Positions 12,343-24,296 of a stretch of DNA of 55,839 bases are shown piece after piece. Made by a program: the position numbers and the translations under genes. Each line of letters starts with the position of its first letter. Within the stretch, counting starts at the first letter, position 1. The DNA lies in contig JAQGDQ010000536.1 of the NCBI GenBank assembly GCA_030141605.1, forward strand, positions 1 to 55,839, read 5' to 3'. The stretch comes from Tubiluchus corallicola (lineage: Eukaryota > Animalia > Priapulida). Below the pieces are notes generated by a model that saw only the letters and a list, made by a program, of their open reading frames with translations, was not told where the DNA came from and did not search any database.

Positions 12343-12849
12343 TGTCAGGTTCAGATTCGAATGATAGTCTTTTTTGGCAATGTACCCTGAGGTAAAAGTG
12401 TCAATCATTCGCTATAACGATAATTCAAGGTGAACATCATTATTTGGCGTATTCTCTTTTTTCATTCAAAAGTTCAAGAGTTTATTTCATTTCAAATTTG
12501 TTTTTTGTTTCTGTTTTTGTTTCTCAAATTTGAAATTTGACATTAAACTGGGCAACACCAACACAAGATTTTCTTCCTTTTGCTGTCCAGGGGCATACCA
12601 GTAGCCTCAATAAAAATTATATATTAATGTTTTCTGTGTCAAAATTTGTAAAAATTTGTGTTAACTTAATGCTTTCTGCGTAGATTACCATTGTAAACCT
12701 GTATGCTCATGGTATCTAGATACTAAATTCTAGATAGCAATAAATTCTAGATTCTAAATTCAAATGAATAATATTATTGTCTCTAATAAAATTATATTAT
12801 TATCTCGCAAAGAAAGTTTTTTGCACAATTAACGTTGTCTCTTAATAAC

Positions 12850-13190
12850 AATCAATTAATCTTCTCCTCTTCTGTAACACCATCCCAATTCGTCTCTTCT
12901 CTTTCTTGAGCAATGTATGAACACATGTTTCAATACCATCATTACAAAAACAATCTCTTTGTTTTTCATGAATTTAATGTACAGGATTTTCTCTCAATTC
13001 TAGAGCACCAATTCTCGCTTCAACCAGTAACTCAGATCTCTAAATATCGTCCCTCCAAACTTCATATCGTGGATGAGATTTATTCGTATTACATCTAACC
13101 GATATAAGATACAGCACGATTCGTACTGGCAGAGACCCGAAATTATTTACTGTATTCGTAAAACTTTTTCGTGATGAATTCCTCTTAACA
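12850..13190 (-). mobile_element. Decayed LINE C-terminal fragment (zinc-knuckle region)
   Basis: Minus-strand translation SELLVEARIGALELR...CFCNDGIET(fs)HVFIHC resembles the CxxC..ET..H...C knuckle at the end of LINE ORF2. Stops and frameshifts are present. Confidence 0.4.
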
Positions 13191-13239
13191 TTCTGTAATT
13201 CCTACTAAAATGGGCTAAAGTTGCAGCTTGCTGTGTAAA

Positions 13240-13660
13240 TTACCAAAGTGTAAACCTTAATATAGCTGACTTAGGAACTAATGATCTGTTGAAGTTGTTA
13301 TTATTCGGTAAAGATGAATTTAACCATATTACTAACTGTAAAATATTCCAATGTATACTTGACTTTATATTATGTACTAAACGCTTCCAGTAGTTTCTAT
13401 CTGATATAAAATGCATCAGTCTTAAATATTCCTACATTAATATTTACTAACTGTCATTTTCTACTAATGTCTACTAATACTAATGTATCACTGTAGTAAA
13501 ACTTTAGTATACTAAAGTATACTAAAAACTAAGTATAGTCTATGCTTACTGTAAATGTTCTTGCAAATAGTGAATAAAGTCTGTTGTGGTGAGGATCCTA
13601 AATCATGTTGTACAAACTGTCTGATCCAATCCTATAATAAATTATGTTTAAACTAATTAC
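13240..13660 (+). mobile_element. CR1/L2-group LINE 3' end
   Basis: DLLKLLLFGKDEFNHITNCKIFQCILDFILCTKRFQ* (stop 13391-13393) matches the common LLFG..N..IF...FI..TKRF terminus, followed by a UTR ending in AATAAATT. Confidence 0.6.
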
Positions 13661-14724
13661 CAAAGCTGTGATACAGAGGATTTTGACTATCTGCCATCTG
13701 CATCCTATAATGCTGAATTTTATTTCTTATAAGCTTTATATTTGTATTTCATTTTATTGTACTGATTAACTGCTTAATCTTTGATGTTTAAATCCTGTAA
13801 TTTTAAATAGTATTTTATATTTTGTGTAAATTCCCCTGCAAATAGAGGGGCTTTTATTGTATCTATCTATTTTTGTCAATAAATAATAAATAACCAGTGT
13901 TGAACATAAGATGGCTTTCTGTAAAATTACACCATACTTCTCAGTCAAATTTGTCTGTTAATTTACAAAGATCTTGTTTCGATAAATCTCCAAGCGCTCA
14001 TCTGACCGGATGAATGAGCATGACCCACCCACGTCTCCTGCGTTTTAACTTCCTGGTCCATTTTTCTTTAATGCAAATAATGTATTTCATGCAAATCATC
14101 ATCATCATCATCATATGCCCGTCACGTCTATTGTAGACATTGGGCAGGCAGAATTCTAAATTAAAAGAAATCTGCCTTCAGACAGGCAAACGCAGCAGTA
14201 ATCCAGCAAAAAAACTAGACACTACTACGTCAGTGGCTTGTCAGCACCACTTCCGTTACATGCATGCAAGTGATGTAGCTTTAATCCTACTGACTAACAG
14301 CGCCACCTATTGAATAGCTCAGGAATAAAATCGAACAATCGAACATATCCAGTTTCGTAATTATTTTATTGACTGATTATTGACCGATTTGTGGGAAAAT
14401 CACTCGTTTCAGCTAATATCGTCTGGATTGCACTACAACACATTAATTAATAAGCAAAAATAATTTATAAAAACCATTACATTCTACACATATCGTGATT
14501 ATAATCGAAATTTCTGTTCTCGAAAAAATAAGAAATGCTGCGAAAACGTTTAACAATTTAGATGTTTTTCTGTTTATTACAGTTAATAGAAACAATGAGA
14601 AACTATTAAACTACATTCTGCTGTCTTAGGTTGTTTTGGCACGAAAACATGACTAAACAAATACAGTTTACCAAAGCGTACAGTACCGCAAGTTCGTAGT
14701 TGTTCGCAACTTTTGATTATTATT

Positions 14725-15060
14725 ATGTGCTGCCCTCTTTAAGCAAGGCTACAAACTAGATGATCTTTCAAAATTTTAACCGGATTCCGTGTTTGGTTAA
14801 TTTACAGATTAGAGATCGCATTAGAGACATGATAAAGCGTGACAAAGCTCAACAATAAGTTTTTTCACTCGATAATGGAAATTATAGTTTTAAGGATGAC
14901 GTAACGGATCAAGTTTTCTTCGTTATAGCCGAAGTCCATGATCTGTAAAAGAAGAAAATAAGAAAAATAGAGAAGAGTCATCTCACATTATCAAAATTTA
15001 AGCAAAACTTGCTTTTCAATAAATTTATGTTTAGTGTGTCTACAAATAACTATTATTGTA
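14725..15060 (+). repeat. Dispersed repeat, copy 2 of 7340-7680
   Basis: Collinear similarity by eye. Confidence 0.75.
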
Positions 15061-15099
15061 TTACATACAGCACAAAAGTAGTGAATTTAGGTGAAAATA

Positions 15100-15590
15100 A
15101 ATGTGAGATGAGATGACATAACGCCAGGTAGGTAATGTGACGTACAGACGCATGAAGTAAGGTAAGAGAGTAAGATAACTGATGGTATGATAAACTGGTG
15201 TGAAGTAAGATGAGATGAGGTAAAGAAAGGTGAGGCCAGGTGATATGATGTGAGCTGAGGTAAATTGAGGCGAGGTGACGTCAGTTGAACTGAGGTGAGA
15301 TGAGGTAAAGTGAGGCGACGTGACGTGAGCTGCACTGAGGTGAGGTGAGTTGAGCTGAGATAAGGTCACATGAGATGAGGCGAGGTGACGTGAGTTGAAC
15401 TGAGGTGAGGTAAAGTGAGGTGAGTTGAGCTGAGGTAAGGTCAGATGAGATGAGGTGAGGTGAGGTGAGTTGAGCTGAGGTGAGGTGAGGTGAAGTGAAC
15501 TGAGGTGAGATGAGTTGAGGCGAACTGAGCTGAGTTGAGTTGAGCTGAGACGAGGTGAGTTGAGCTGAAGTCAGATGAAGTAAGGTGAAC
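15100..15590. repeat. Degenerate (TGAGG/TGAGT/TGAGC)n pentanucleotide repeat
   Basis: Direct reading. Confidence 0.9.
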
Positions 15591-15729
15591 TAAGGAGCTA
15601 AGACATTTTTGCAAGAATTCAGCCTATGGGGAAAACAATGTCTCTCTCTGCTGATGGCTGCCTGGTTTTAGAACTGCATTTTGCACAGACTCTCACTGTA
15701 AAACGCTACCCGGTCGGATCTACTCATTA

Positions 15730-15980
15730 ACATTCATCATTATTGCCATCATCATCATCATCGTCACTGCCACTGTCATTGTCGCCGTCGCCGTCACCAT
15801 CATCATCGTCATCGTCATCATCATTATTATTATCATCATCGTCATCATCATTGTCGTCATCATCATCATCATCATCATTGTCATCATCATCATCATCATC
15901 ATCTGCTTATCATACTGTATATTTCTATTATAGACATTGAACAGGCAGAATTCAAAAAGAAATCTGTCCTCAAGACAGAT
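15730..15980 (-). repeat. (CAT)n tract plus flank shared with 14098-14185, probably a retroelement 3' tail
   Basis: Both sites read (CAT)n...TAGACATTG..CAGGCAGAATTC...AAGAAATCTG. Confidence 0.6.
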
Positions 15981-16329
15981 CTGTGAACTAATGGTCAACT
16001 AAATTTTCGTACCTTATTCTAACCTACGTTTATCGTAGACGACCTGTACCTGACTGTTTTCTGTGATGAACTCTGCATCTACAGATCATTTTTTGCTGCT
16101 TTGAATAATTATGAATAATAATTATTATAATTATGAATTCAGATCGCCTGTTATTTAAGTTGTTTTAAATAATCGAAAACAAAATTTATTTGGCAAATGT
16201 AATGAATAAACCGTTCATTTTCCAAGGAATTTTAAATTATGAATGGATTCCACAGCAACACAGACATATATACAAATTGTTATTACAATGAAAAAAATTA
16301 TAAACTAAACGAGTTATGGTGAGGAGGAG

Positions 16330-16800
16330 GAAGGATTGAGCTTTCGAGTCCTCCTCCAGATAAGTGGAACAATTGACAATTAACATTACATAGTATTTTC
16401 ATCAGTTATAACGTACATTAGAACAAAATAAGTTTTGTTAGTAACTTAAGATCAGGATGAGTAAAATTGTGAGTTAATTATACCGTTGTAGTAAGTAATT
16501 CTTTCATGCTTTTTTTAAATTGATAAAGACTAAGAGTTTCCATTTCACGCGGAATTGATGACCATATTTTAATAGCATTCTATTATGATGACTGTTTCAA
16601 TTGGGGAAAAAAATCATTACATACATGCGTTTTAATAAAGTTAAAGACAGAAAATAGCCATAGCTAAGTTGCCAATTTGTAAATTTTCAAGTATTCTTTA
16701 AACATATTATTTTATTATATTTATAGTAGCCTCTGTTAAATGTCTTTTCTCAAACATACAACTAGTTTCCTTTACGCCAATGACCGTTTTTTGGAATTCA
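16330..16800 (-). mobile_element. CR1/L2-group LINE 3' fragment
   Basis: Minus-strand NAIKIWSSIPREMETLSLYQFKKSMKELL* matches the KLWNSLP..IK..SL..FK..LK terminus of this group. Confidence 0.55.
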
Positions 16801-17083
16801 GAAACTACAGAAAATGTTCACGAATTTAGTTCACGAATTTAGTGCTCTAAATGTAATAATTATTGTTCGATCAGCATGGTGACGGTTTACGAAAATTTTC
16901 AACAGAAGGTCGTGGTCAATTTTACTTAACAACGATGAGCATTGATGTAATACTATTATACAAATATCAACAGTAATTCAATTTAATCAATACAAATTAA
17001 GCATTTAACAAAACAGTTAGTTTATATGTTATTTCTTTAAAATCATTTTCTTCGCCTTCATCAAGTTAACTAAAAAGTATCGC

Positions 17084-20000
17084 CTACACCTGTTTTGGCT
17101 TCTTCCTGCGAAGACGTTTCTTTCTGTTTTTAACTTTTGTTTTAATCATTGAATCGTTCGCGTTATTGTTAGACTCTAAATCTGGAGACTTTTCTACACT
17201 CGACGAAGTGCCAGGCTTCCGAGATACTTTCTTTACGATGACCTCCTCCGTTCTGCTGTGTGACTGTTCCTCATTTGTTTGCTTGCTGGCTTTCTTTGAA
17301 CTTGACTGCCGTCTAGTTGAATTCTTTCTCATTGTAGGGGAGCTGGATTGAAAAACCGACTGAGCGCTGGTGTCTTGAGTCACCGTGTCTTTAGTCTGTC
17401 CCGATTGCTGACGTAGCACGGCCTCTTTTTTCTGTTTCTGTATTAATTTCAGTAGATTGCTGGGAGGGTTTCCAAAAAATTGCAAGCTTTTCCGCCCGTA
17501 TGATGATGGCAAGCTGCCAGTCAATGTCAGTTCGTAAGGACTTGTAAACATTGTGCTTTCTGAGTGTGTGAACAAAGACTTCAGTTGAGGTGGCTCTTTT
17601 TGTTTTCCAAATCTGGTTTGTGGGTATGCAGAATAAACAAATGCAGACATATTTGGTTTTAGGTTATATGGTAAAATGTCCATTTCAGACGTTGACTTGC
17701 TTGTATTAGAAGAAATCGGTTGATAAGTCATCTCCTTTTCAACTTTATAATTCTTGGCCTCTCTTTTTTGAGCAGATCCACCAGTTGTTGATTGGTCAAC
17801 CTTTTTCAAAGGACTGTTTTGCAAACTAGGTAAAATATCTTCACTGCTCTTTTTACGTTGTTTCATGCACGTTAGAATAATATTTTTGAACTTGTTTCGT
17901 GTTGTTTTAACTTTTGTGCTAACTTTCTTCCGAGGTTTTGCTTGAATGCTAAGGTCACTAAAAATATGGGCATTTAACATGTCACGAGCAGACCTTTCAA
18001 TTCGACAACTAAGATCATTTGCAGATTTAGATTTGTTGCACGAACAGCTACTAGGCATTGTCTTTGTTTGTTGCTCTGCCAATTTTTTCATTTTCTCTTG
18101 TTTAGATTTTCGTCTTTTCTTTTTGTTCTGCGCGGATCTTTCCAACATTTCTTCACCGTATGTTAGCAATTCGTCCAACTCAGAGCTCTCAGAATCACTA
18201 TCATCACTAGACGTGTCAAAGAGTTCGGGAAGCTCATCTTTGAATAAGTCAGTTGTGGAGTCATCAGTCAAGCTTTCGGGATCTTCTTTGTTCACCTGGT
18301 TGCGCAGAGTTGTGACACAAGAGCTGATTTCTTCCTGAGACATGGCATTGAACTGAGAAAGTGCCTTGCAGAAGTCTTCCCCAATTCGTTGATAATCCTC
18401 TGTGGAAAAATGGTATCCACGCTTCTCTCCTATTGTTGGTCCACATACGCTAGCTTCCAGCGTGAAACTGTTCACTATTCCAAGTTTCATAATCGTAACT
18501 CTCCCCGTCCCCAGTTTGTGTTTCTGCACTTTGAATCGACAACTTTCAAACGAGAACAAATTTGGCGACTGTCTGGAAAGAACGTGTGGGAAAACAACAC
18601 TCTTCTTCTCACATCCGTAGATAAACATGTTCTGCTTTCTACCATGTCCGTGAAAATCACAGTATAAGAGAACATCTCTCTCGCCCATCAAACGTTTGAT
18701 GAGCATTTTTGCGTGCCATACGGATGGATACGAATCCCGAAGGATAGACCTGTAACTGCGGTTGAGATCTCTGCCAGCAAGTGAACATCTATGATTACCC
18801 ACAATTACGCCATCTGGATTCAGCATAGGTAAAATCTTAAAAACGAATCTTTTACGAAGTTCTTTTGCATCAAGACTGTCTCCCAATAAGTAGTCCAACA
18901 GACCCTTCATCATCCAACTACTGCACGTTTCACCAGGGTGAACTCTCGCAGTGAGAACGACACCCTTTCTTTTTTCAATTGGAATTTCTTCACTTGATGG
19001 TGAAGTTATAGTTAATATGTACACTAGATTTCCAGCAAGTGAGCGGCATAACACACGCTGGCGACAGGACAAGCTCTTTTTTGCATCAGTGTAGATCGTT
19101 TGCAGATAATGTTGCAAGTCTGAGTAAGTGTACGGATAGCTGTAAGCAAAATAGCAGGTGTCATAACTCTTGGGAAATGTACAGCTCCAAGTTAAAGAGT
19201 AAGAAGGGCGTCCATCATTACTTGTCATACCATTCCTGTAATATCTTATATCGTTCCCAATTCTTATCCATCCGATTCCCTTTGATCGTGCATTGTGTTC
19301 AGAATACATTAACGGTTTCATACCTTGGCTGTACAAACTGTCAGACTTCATCAAATTTGTGATCGTGAATTTATATTTCTGATTGGCTCTTACATTTTTT
19401 ACTTGGAAGTAGAACCATTGTCGGTGACCTTTTGTGTACAGGTCGCTTCGCAGAGACAACTCATAGTCGAACTTACCCACCTTGACTGCCCTTTCAAGAT
19501 TACCGCTTTCAAATCTTGCCTCAAATTTCAGTGTGGTGTCCCATGCATTTTTCATCTTATCAGCATCATTCTGGCAAGCATATTTACATCCTCCAACCCG
19601 CGACTGCTGGAAGTATCCTGTTGATCTGGGCGGGACGTATTCATACACTACTTGATCAGGTGTAACATCCACTGTAACATCTACTCCCGAGATATCAGAA
19701 AACAATAGACTATTAGCTACTTTATGTAAAGGCTCAGGCGTAGGCTTGGTTTCTATATGTTTTATTGTAATAGGCATTACTTGGATCTCAGACGGCCATC
19801 TTACAGCTTGCTGGGCACTATAATCAGTGGTAAACGAATATAAATTTCTTGGTTCCACTAAGCGAGGCACAAGACGCCCTTCTTCAAAGTTGTATTCTAC
19901 TTGCTTGGAAATGCACAGTTTTCTATCATGTAATCTGATAGCCTTGGTCACGAGTTCGTCTACGGATAGGCAGTTTTTCTGTTTGTTCCACGCCTGTTTT

Positions 20001-20218
20001 GTTTGCGATGCGTTTTTGTAGCCGACGCCGCGTACAGAGAGAATGTGAGATGACGGTACACTGATGCTGCTGTCAGTCATAGTCTCTGACCACTTGTGGT
20101 CAGTATTTCGCATGTACTTATACAATGCACACTGGTTACGGCCGGTGTAATATCCATAGTAACTTAGGTAGTTCGACATAAAATTGTCGTAAGCATTTTG
20201 TTCAAAACTACTCGACAT
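17084..20218 (-). CDS. AGBL2: Cytosolic carboxypeptidase 2/3-like (M14D tubulin deglutamylase), intronless, 1044 aa
   Basis: FEARFESGNL, QWFYF, FAYSYPYTYSDL, zinc ligands RVHPGE and DFHGH, PMLNPDGVIVGNHRCSLAGRDLNR, catalytic Glu in SFTLEAS. The N-terminal WP...I.HIE..P.PEP block is typical of CCP2/3, and the C-tail is basic and low-complexity. AGBL2 vs AGBL3 cannot be separated in an invertebrate. Confidence 0.95.
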   Translation of the reverse strand: MSSSFEQNAYDNFMSNYLSYYGYYTGRNQCALYKYMRNTDHKWSETMTDSSISVPSSHILSVRGVGYKNASQTKQAWNKQKNCLSVDELVTKAIRLHDRKLCISKQVEYNFEEGRLVPRLVEPRNLYSFTTDYSAQQAVRWPSEIQVMPITIKHIETKPTPEPLHKVANSLLFSDISGVDVTVDVTPDQVVYEYVPPRSTGYFQQSRVGGCKYACQNDADKMKNAWDTTLKFEARFESGNLERAVKVGKFDYELSLRSDLYTKGHRQWFYFQVKNVRANQKYKFTITNLMKSDSLYSQGMKPLMYSEHNARSKGIGWIRIGNDIRYYRNGMTSNDGRPSYSLTWSCTFPKSYDTCYFAYSYPYTYSDLQHYLQTIYTDAKKSLSCRQRVLCRSLAGNLVYILTITSPSSEEIPIEKRKGVVLTARVHPGETCSSWMMKGLLDYLLGDSLDAKELRKRFVFKILPMLNPDGVIVGNHRCSLAGRDLNRSYRSILRDSYPSVWHAKMLIKRLMGERDVLLYCDFHGHGRKQNMFIYGCEKKSVVFPHVLSRQSPNLFSFESCRFKVQKHKLGTGRVTIMKLGIVNSFTLEASVCGPTIGEKRGYHFSTEDYQRIGEDFCKALSQFNAMSQEEISSCVTTLRNQVNKEDPESLTDDSTTDLFKDELPELFDTSSDDSDSESSELDELLTYGEEMLERSAQNKKKRRKSKQEKMKKLAEQQTKTMPSSCSCNKSKSANDLSCRIERSARDMLNAHIFSDLSIQAKPRKKVSTKVKTTRNKFKNIILTCMKQRKKSSEDILPSLQNSPLKKVDQSTTGGSAQKREAKNYKVEKEMTYQPISSNTSKSTSEMDILPYNLKPNMSAFVYSAYPQTRFGKQKEPPQLKSLFTHSESTMFTSPYELTLTGSLPSSYGRKSLQFFGNPPSNLLKLIQKQKKEAVLRQQSGQTKDTVTQDTSAQSVFQSSSPTMRKNSTRRQSSSKKASKQTNEEQSHSRTEEVIVKKVSRKPGTSSSVEKSPDLESNNNANDSMIKTKVKNRKKRLRRKKPKQV

Positions 20219-20342
20219 TATTCACCAAACATTGTATCACCGCTGACACTGCAGTTCTGCAAAGCTGAAGTATGAGTTCTGAAACAGCTTACATAGAAAC
20301 ATTTACCGTCAGGAAACTTTAACGTATATTCATAATAACACC

Positions 20343-20355
20343 GTTGCTTAGAAAC
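20343..20355 (-). promoter_or_regulatory. RFX X-box upstream of the CCP gene
   Basis: GTTTCTAAGCAAC on the minus strand, ~125 bp upstream of the ATG, fits the X-box consensus. GTGACGTG and TGTTTGT (forkhead-like) lie within the next 35 bp. Confidence 0.6.
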
Positions 20356-20801
20356 CAGGAGTGAGAGTGACGTGTGGGCGTGTTTGTGTGTCATTATAGC
20401 TGTGAACCTTATGATGACTCAACATAATGTAGTAGAGATATACGTACGAGAATTCTGCACCCACTTCTTCGGCTGACGTTGTTTGACGCCCCAGCTAAAA
20501 GTGTTTTTACACTTCCCTTCTCAATGGTCAACCAGTTCCCCCACGGTCCCCACCATGCTCCAAATATTGAATTTTCTTTATTTAATATTACTAACAATAA
20601 ACAATAATAAATAATTTAATTGTAATAGTTCTAGTGTTTTAAGCTTATGCAAGTATTATAGTGTAGTAAGTAAATGTAATTAGTTACGTATCTACAGCTT
20701 GTGTATGCTAAATGAATTTGAAATTGAATTTATGACACTATTGTACTCAATATATGTCTCGCCGGTTTTTTTACCTTTCGTCTCTGTACTTTGCCCTGAA
20801 G

Positions 20802-21070
20802 ACTCCCGAGATATCAGAAAACAGTAGACTATTAGCTATTTCATGTAAAGGCTCAGGCGTAGGCTTGGTTTCTATATGTTTTATTGTAATAGGCATTACT
20901 TGGATCTCAGACGGCCATCTTACAGCTTGCTGGGCACTATAATCAGTGGTAAACGAATATAAATTTCTTGGTTCCACTAAGCGAGGCACAAGACGCCCTT
21001 CTTCAAAGTTGTATTCTACTTGCTTGGAAATGCACAGTTTTCTATCATGTAATCTGATAGCCTTGGTCAC
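20802..21070 (-). pseudogene. 269-bp direct duplicate of CCP coding sequence 19683-19951
   Basis: Identical except for 3 substitutions by my alignment. Abuts a (TA)n tract at 21071-21227. Confidence 0.92.
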
Positions 21071-21112
21071 AATATATAAGTAATAATATATATATATATA
21101 TATATATTATTA

Positions 21113-21230
<118 letters not shown>

Positions 21231-21887
21231 TCTTTATTTGTCATTAAAAATGGCTCACTCATTACAATAAAATTGAGTAATCCTCAGCGTAATGTTAAAA
21301 ACATCACTGTTCAAGACAAATGCGTCCAGTGCAGACTAAAAAAACTAAAGTGTAAAACTAAGGCCTAATTATATACAATAAATGAACATATTTACAAACA
21401 CAATATTAAAATATTTTTACAAAACAATATTACAAAAAAAACATTAAATTTTACAAGACATATTTTACACTATATAATTTTTTTTTTATACATTTAACAT
21501 GACACAATTAACAGAAACGTGTTTTACATTTACCGTTAAAAAATTGATATCCATAAGCGTAAAAGCACATAAGAACATCGCAGCATGTGAATAAAATTCA
21601 CACAACTGTTAAAGGCAAATGCGTTCAGTGCAAACTAAAAACTACTGTGCCAAAAATTTACAACAAAAATATGTTACACGCAAATTATAATATAGACTAC
21701 GTACAATATATACATACAATTTCAATTCTTGTAAGTTTATCTACCACAGTTAGATAAATGCTATTGTAAGATTTTCTTATTAACAGAAGGGTCATCTTAT
21801 AAGCACTTACATGTACATAGAAAGCGGGACAAAAGCAGGGAAACGGGTCAGTAATGCCTGCATGAAATGACAAAATCTTAGGAAACC

Positions 21888-22321
21888 AGATAAAGCAAAA
21901 ATAGAGAGTGTTTTGCTACGGTAAGACACTTGCTGGAATCGACGTATTTCGACAAAAAAATAACGCAATAAGTTCGTTTCATTTAATTAGTGTGGATATA
22001 TTTTAGGACACGTCCACTGAGAGGAGTGCCGACGAGTTAATTAGAGGTTCTATTTTCGGCAATTTTCGCTTAGAAAACTGCTGACGCAAAGCCATTGTTC
22101 TGACGTCATCCATTGTACTCTGTCTATAACCTTATAGCTTTAATTCAGCAAAAAGCTGCTGCTGCTGGCTTTGCGTGATAAAAACGAGCACTAGGTAGAA
22201 TGTTCGCATATTATTGATTCTACGTGTATTTATATGCAAATTTTTTTGCGGGGCCTTTGCTGGCATCGATGTATTTCGACAGGAAAATAACGCAATAAGT
22301 TCGTTTCATTTAATTAGTGTG
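21888..22321 (+). repeat. ~70-bp direct repeat pair (21928-21993 and 22256-22321)
   Basis: TTGCTGG.ATCGA.GTATTTCGACA..AAAATAACGCAATAAGTTCGTTTCATTTAATTAGTGTG occurs twice. Confidence 0.75.
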
Positions 22322-23554
22322 ATGCACTTAAGAATTTACAAAAACACTATGCTATTACTGAACTTAAAAACCAAAGATTCAATTGCCTAGTGCTACTTCA
22401 CGTGCTACTAGGTGGCTAGAATGGCAGAAAGATTTTAGCAGAAGTTAATATCGTCGAATAATTTAATGTAATACAATTTAGCACAAAAACGTCAAATACG
22501 TGTGGATTAATTTGACTACTTTACATCACAGGTAGAAAGCAGACAGGTATCTGAATGGAAAGCTGGCGTGAAGAGCTTAGTTTACGTCAATGCCGCAGAT
22601 GGCGCGACATGCATGAAATTTATAGTTCTAAATTAAAATTTAAAAGACTGCAGTAGGGCTGCTAAGTTTTCGAAAGTTCGCTAAATTCAGTTCTACAGCC
22701 ACCTTCTAAGCAAACTAATTAATTACTCATTAACAAATTGGTTAAACAATTAACCACAATTTGAATTCGAGAAAAATAAGATGCTGGAACGTGGTACAGC
22801 CGCTATGAGATGGTGATTAGTGGCCGTATTTGATGGACTGGTGGATAACCACACCTGGTGAGACCATCGTAGTGGTGGAAGTCGGCCTCGGAGTCATTAG
22901 AGTGCTTGAGAGGATTCCCATACGAGTCAGCCATTAATGACGCTTGGAGTTCCCAGGACCAATGGTGGGAGTACGCTGGTGGTGAGCGACAGATACCAGT
23001 CGTCAGGAGCTCCTTTCTTGCTCTTTGTGGTGAACAGGACTTGTTGAGAAACCTGCCGGCCAACCGGACGTCTGTGCATTATTTCCCCCAATACGTGGCG
23101 CCACGGTATGAGTATTTAGCTAGAGCACTAATATTAATGAGATAGCCATACGTCATGTACATTTTACGTGTTTGCGTTGTATTACAACCAAGCGTTGTAT
23201 GTTAAATTGTCATGTCAAAATATATCGTTAAACCTAAGCTTAACTCTTTTGCTGTTTAAAGCACAAGAAAACCCTTCATGAACACAAAGCTTGAAAAATT
23301 CGTTTTGAAATTTTATATCGCTTACATACTGCCTTTTTGCAAGCAGGACTTCAATCGGCAGTAGCGCTGTATAAAACGTGTAAATTTAAAGTCCGGCGAT
23401 GACCGCTAGACGCAGCCATTTTCACGACAGGTCATTTGAATCAAGTTTAGATAACATTTTGTAAAGTTTGAAAAAACAATCAGAGCATTCGTAACGCACA
23501 AGTCACTAACTAAATAAAATTTAAAATAACTGTATCTTGTCAATAAGATTAAAA

Positions 23555-23922
23555 ATACGTTTTTTGGTTAGTGAGTGGTGCACCCTGAAGGGTGAGTCAG
23601 TGACATTTTAAATAATTAATAATTTTCTTTTCTAGTTACACAAATCTCTCTAGCAGGTAAGCGAAAATCTAAGTAATATAGATTTGCACGAAAGTCTTTT
23701 GAGATATAATTTAGCCTTTTCTTGCCTTCATTTACATCTGGTACATGACGTCATGTAATGGCGACTTCGGAACAGGATTGCGGGAGATTTAAAATGAAAA
23801 CAAACTAAAATTCCTTTTAGTACGAGTACGATATACGCATGAAATTGCTATAAAGTAATATAATTTTGTAAGGCGATTTTTCTGAAGCCTACTTCAGGTA
23901 CCCCTTTTCTTGTCCTTTAAGT
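23555..23922 (-). mobile_element. Non-autonomous DNA-transposon-like dispersed repeat (inverted copy at 48348-48733), possibly Kolobok-type
   Basis: Long collinear inverted similarity (CAGGTAAGCGAAAA.CTAAGTAAT.TAGATTTGCAC; ATTGCGGGAGATTTAAAATG; CCTACTTCAGGT.CCCC). One end reads TTAA-AGGACA on the minus strand. Confidence 0.6.
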
Positions 23923-24296
23923 ATAAAGACGTAATCGGTGCCTCATGACTAAATGAGAAACACCGTGAGAACCAACCGCAGCTGTAAGCACTTATCACAC
24001 TCGGCTAGTAGTTAGGTCTCAGGTACTGCCTCACCCCAAGAACCGACCCTATTACGCTGTAACACTATTATTATATCATGATACAGTGCAGAGTTTCGTC
24101 CTGCGAATTGAGATCTTGCATGTATATATGTATATATTGTGCAAATAAAGACTTTTCATCATAATATGTACTCATAAAACGTAAATTGCCCATGGAATCG
24201 TAAAACAAATATTTATTTTGCTCTCAACTAGTTTTAAATCTATTTACTTATAAACTCACTTGCTTATCAAGGCAATGTATGTCCAAGCGAAAAATG

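Noticed and set aside
17166-20021. Several plus-strand and alternate-frame ORFs within the CCP gene
   Set aside because: Shadow ORFs of a long coding sequence with no independent motifs.
19683-21070. Template/variable repeat pair as in a diversity-generating retroelement
   Set aside because: Only 3 mismatches, not adenine-specific on one strand, and no DGR-type reverse transcriptase.
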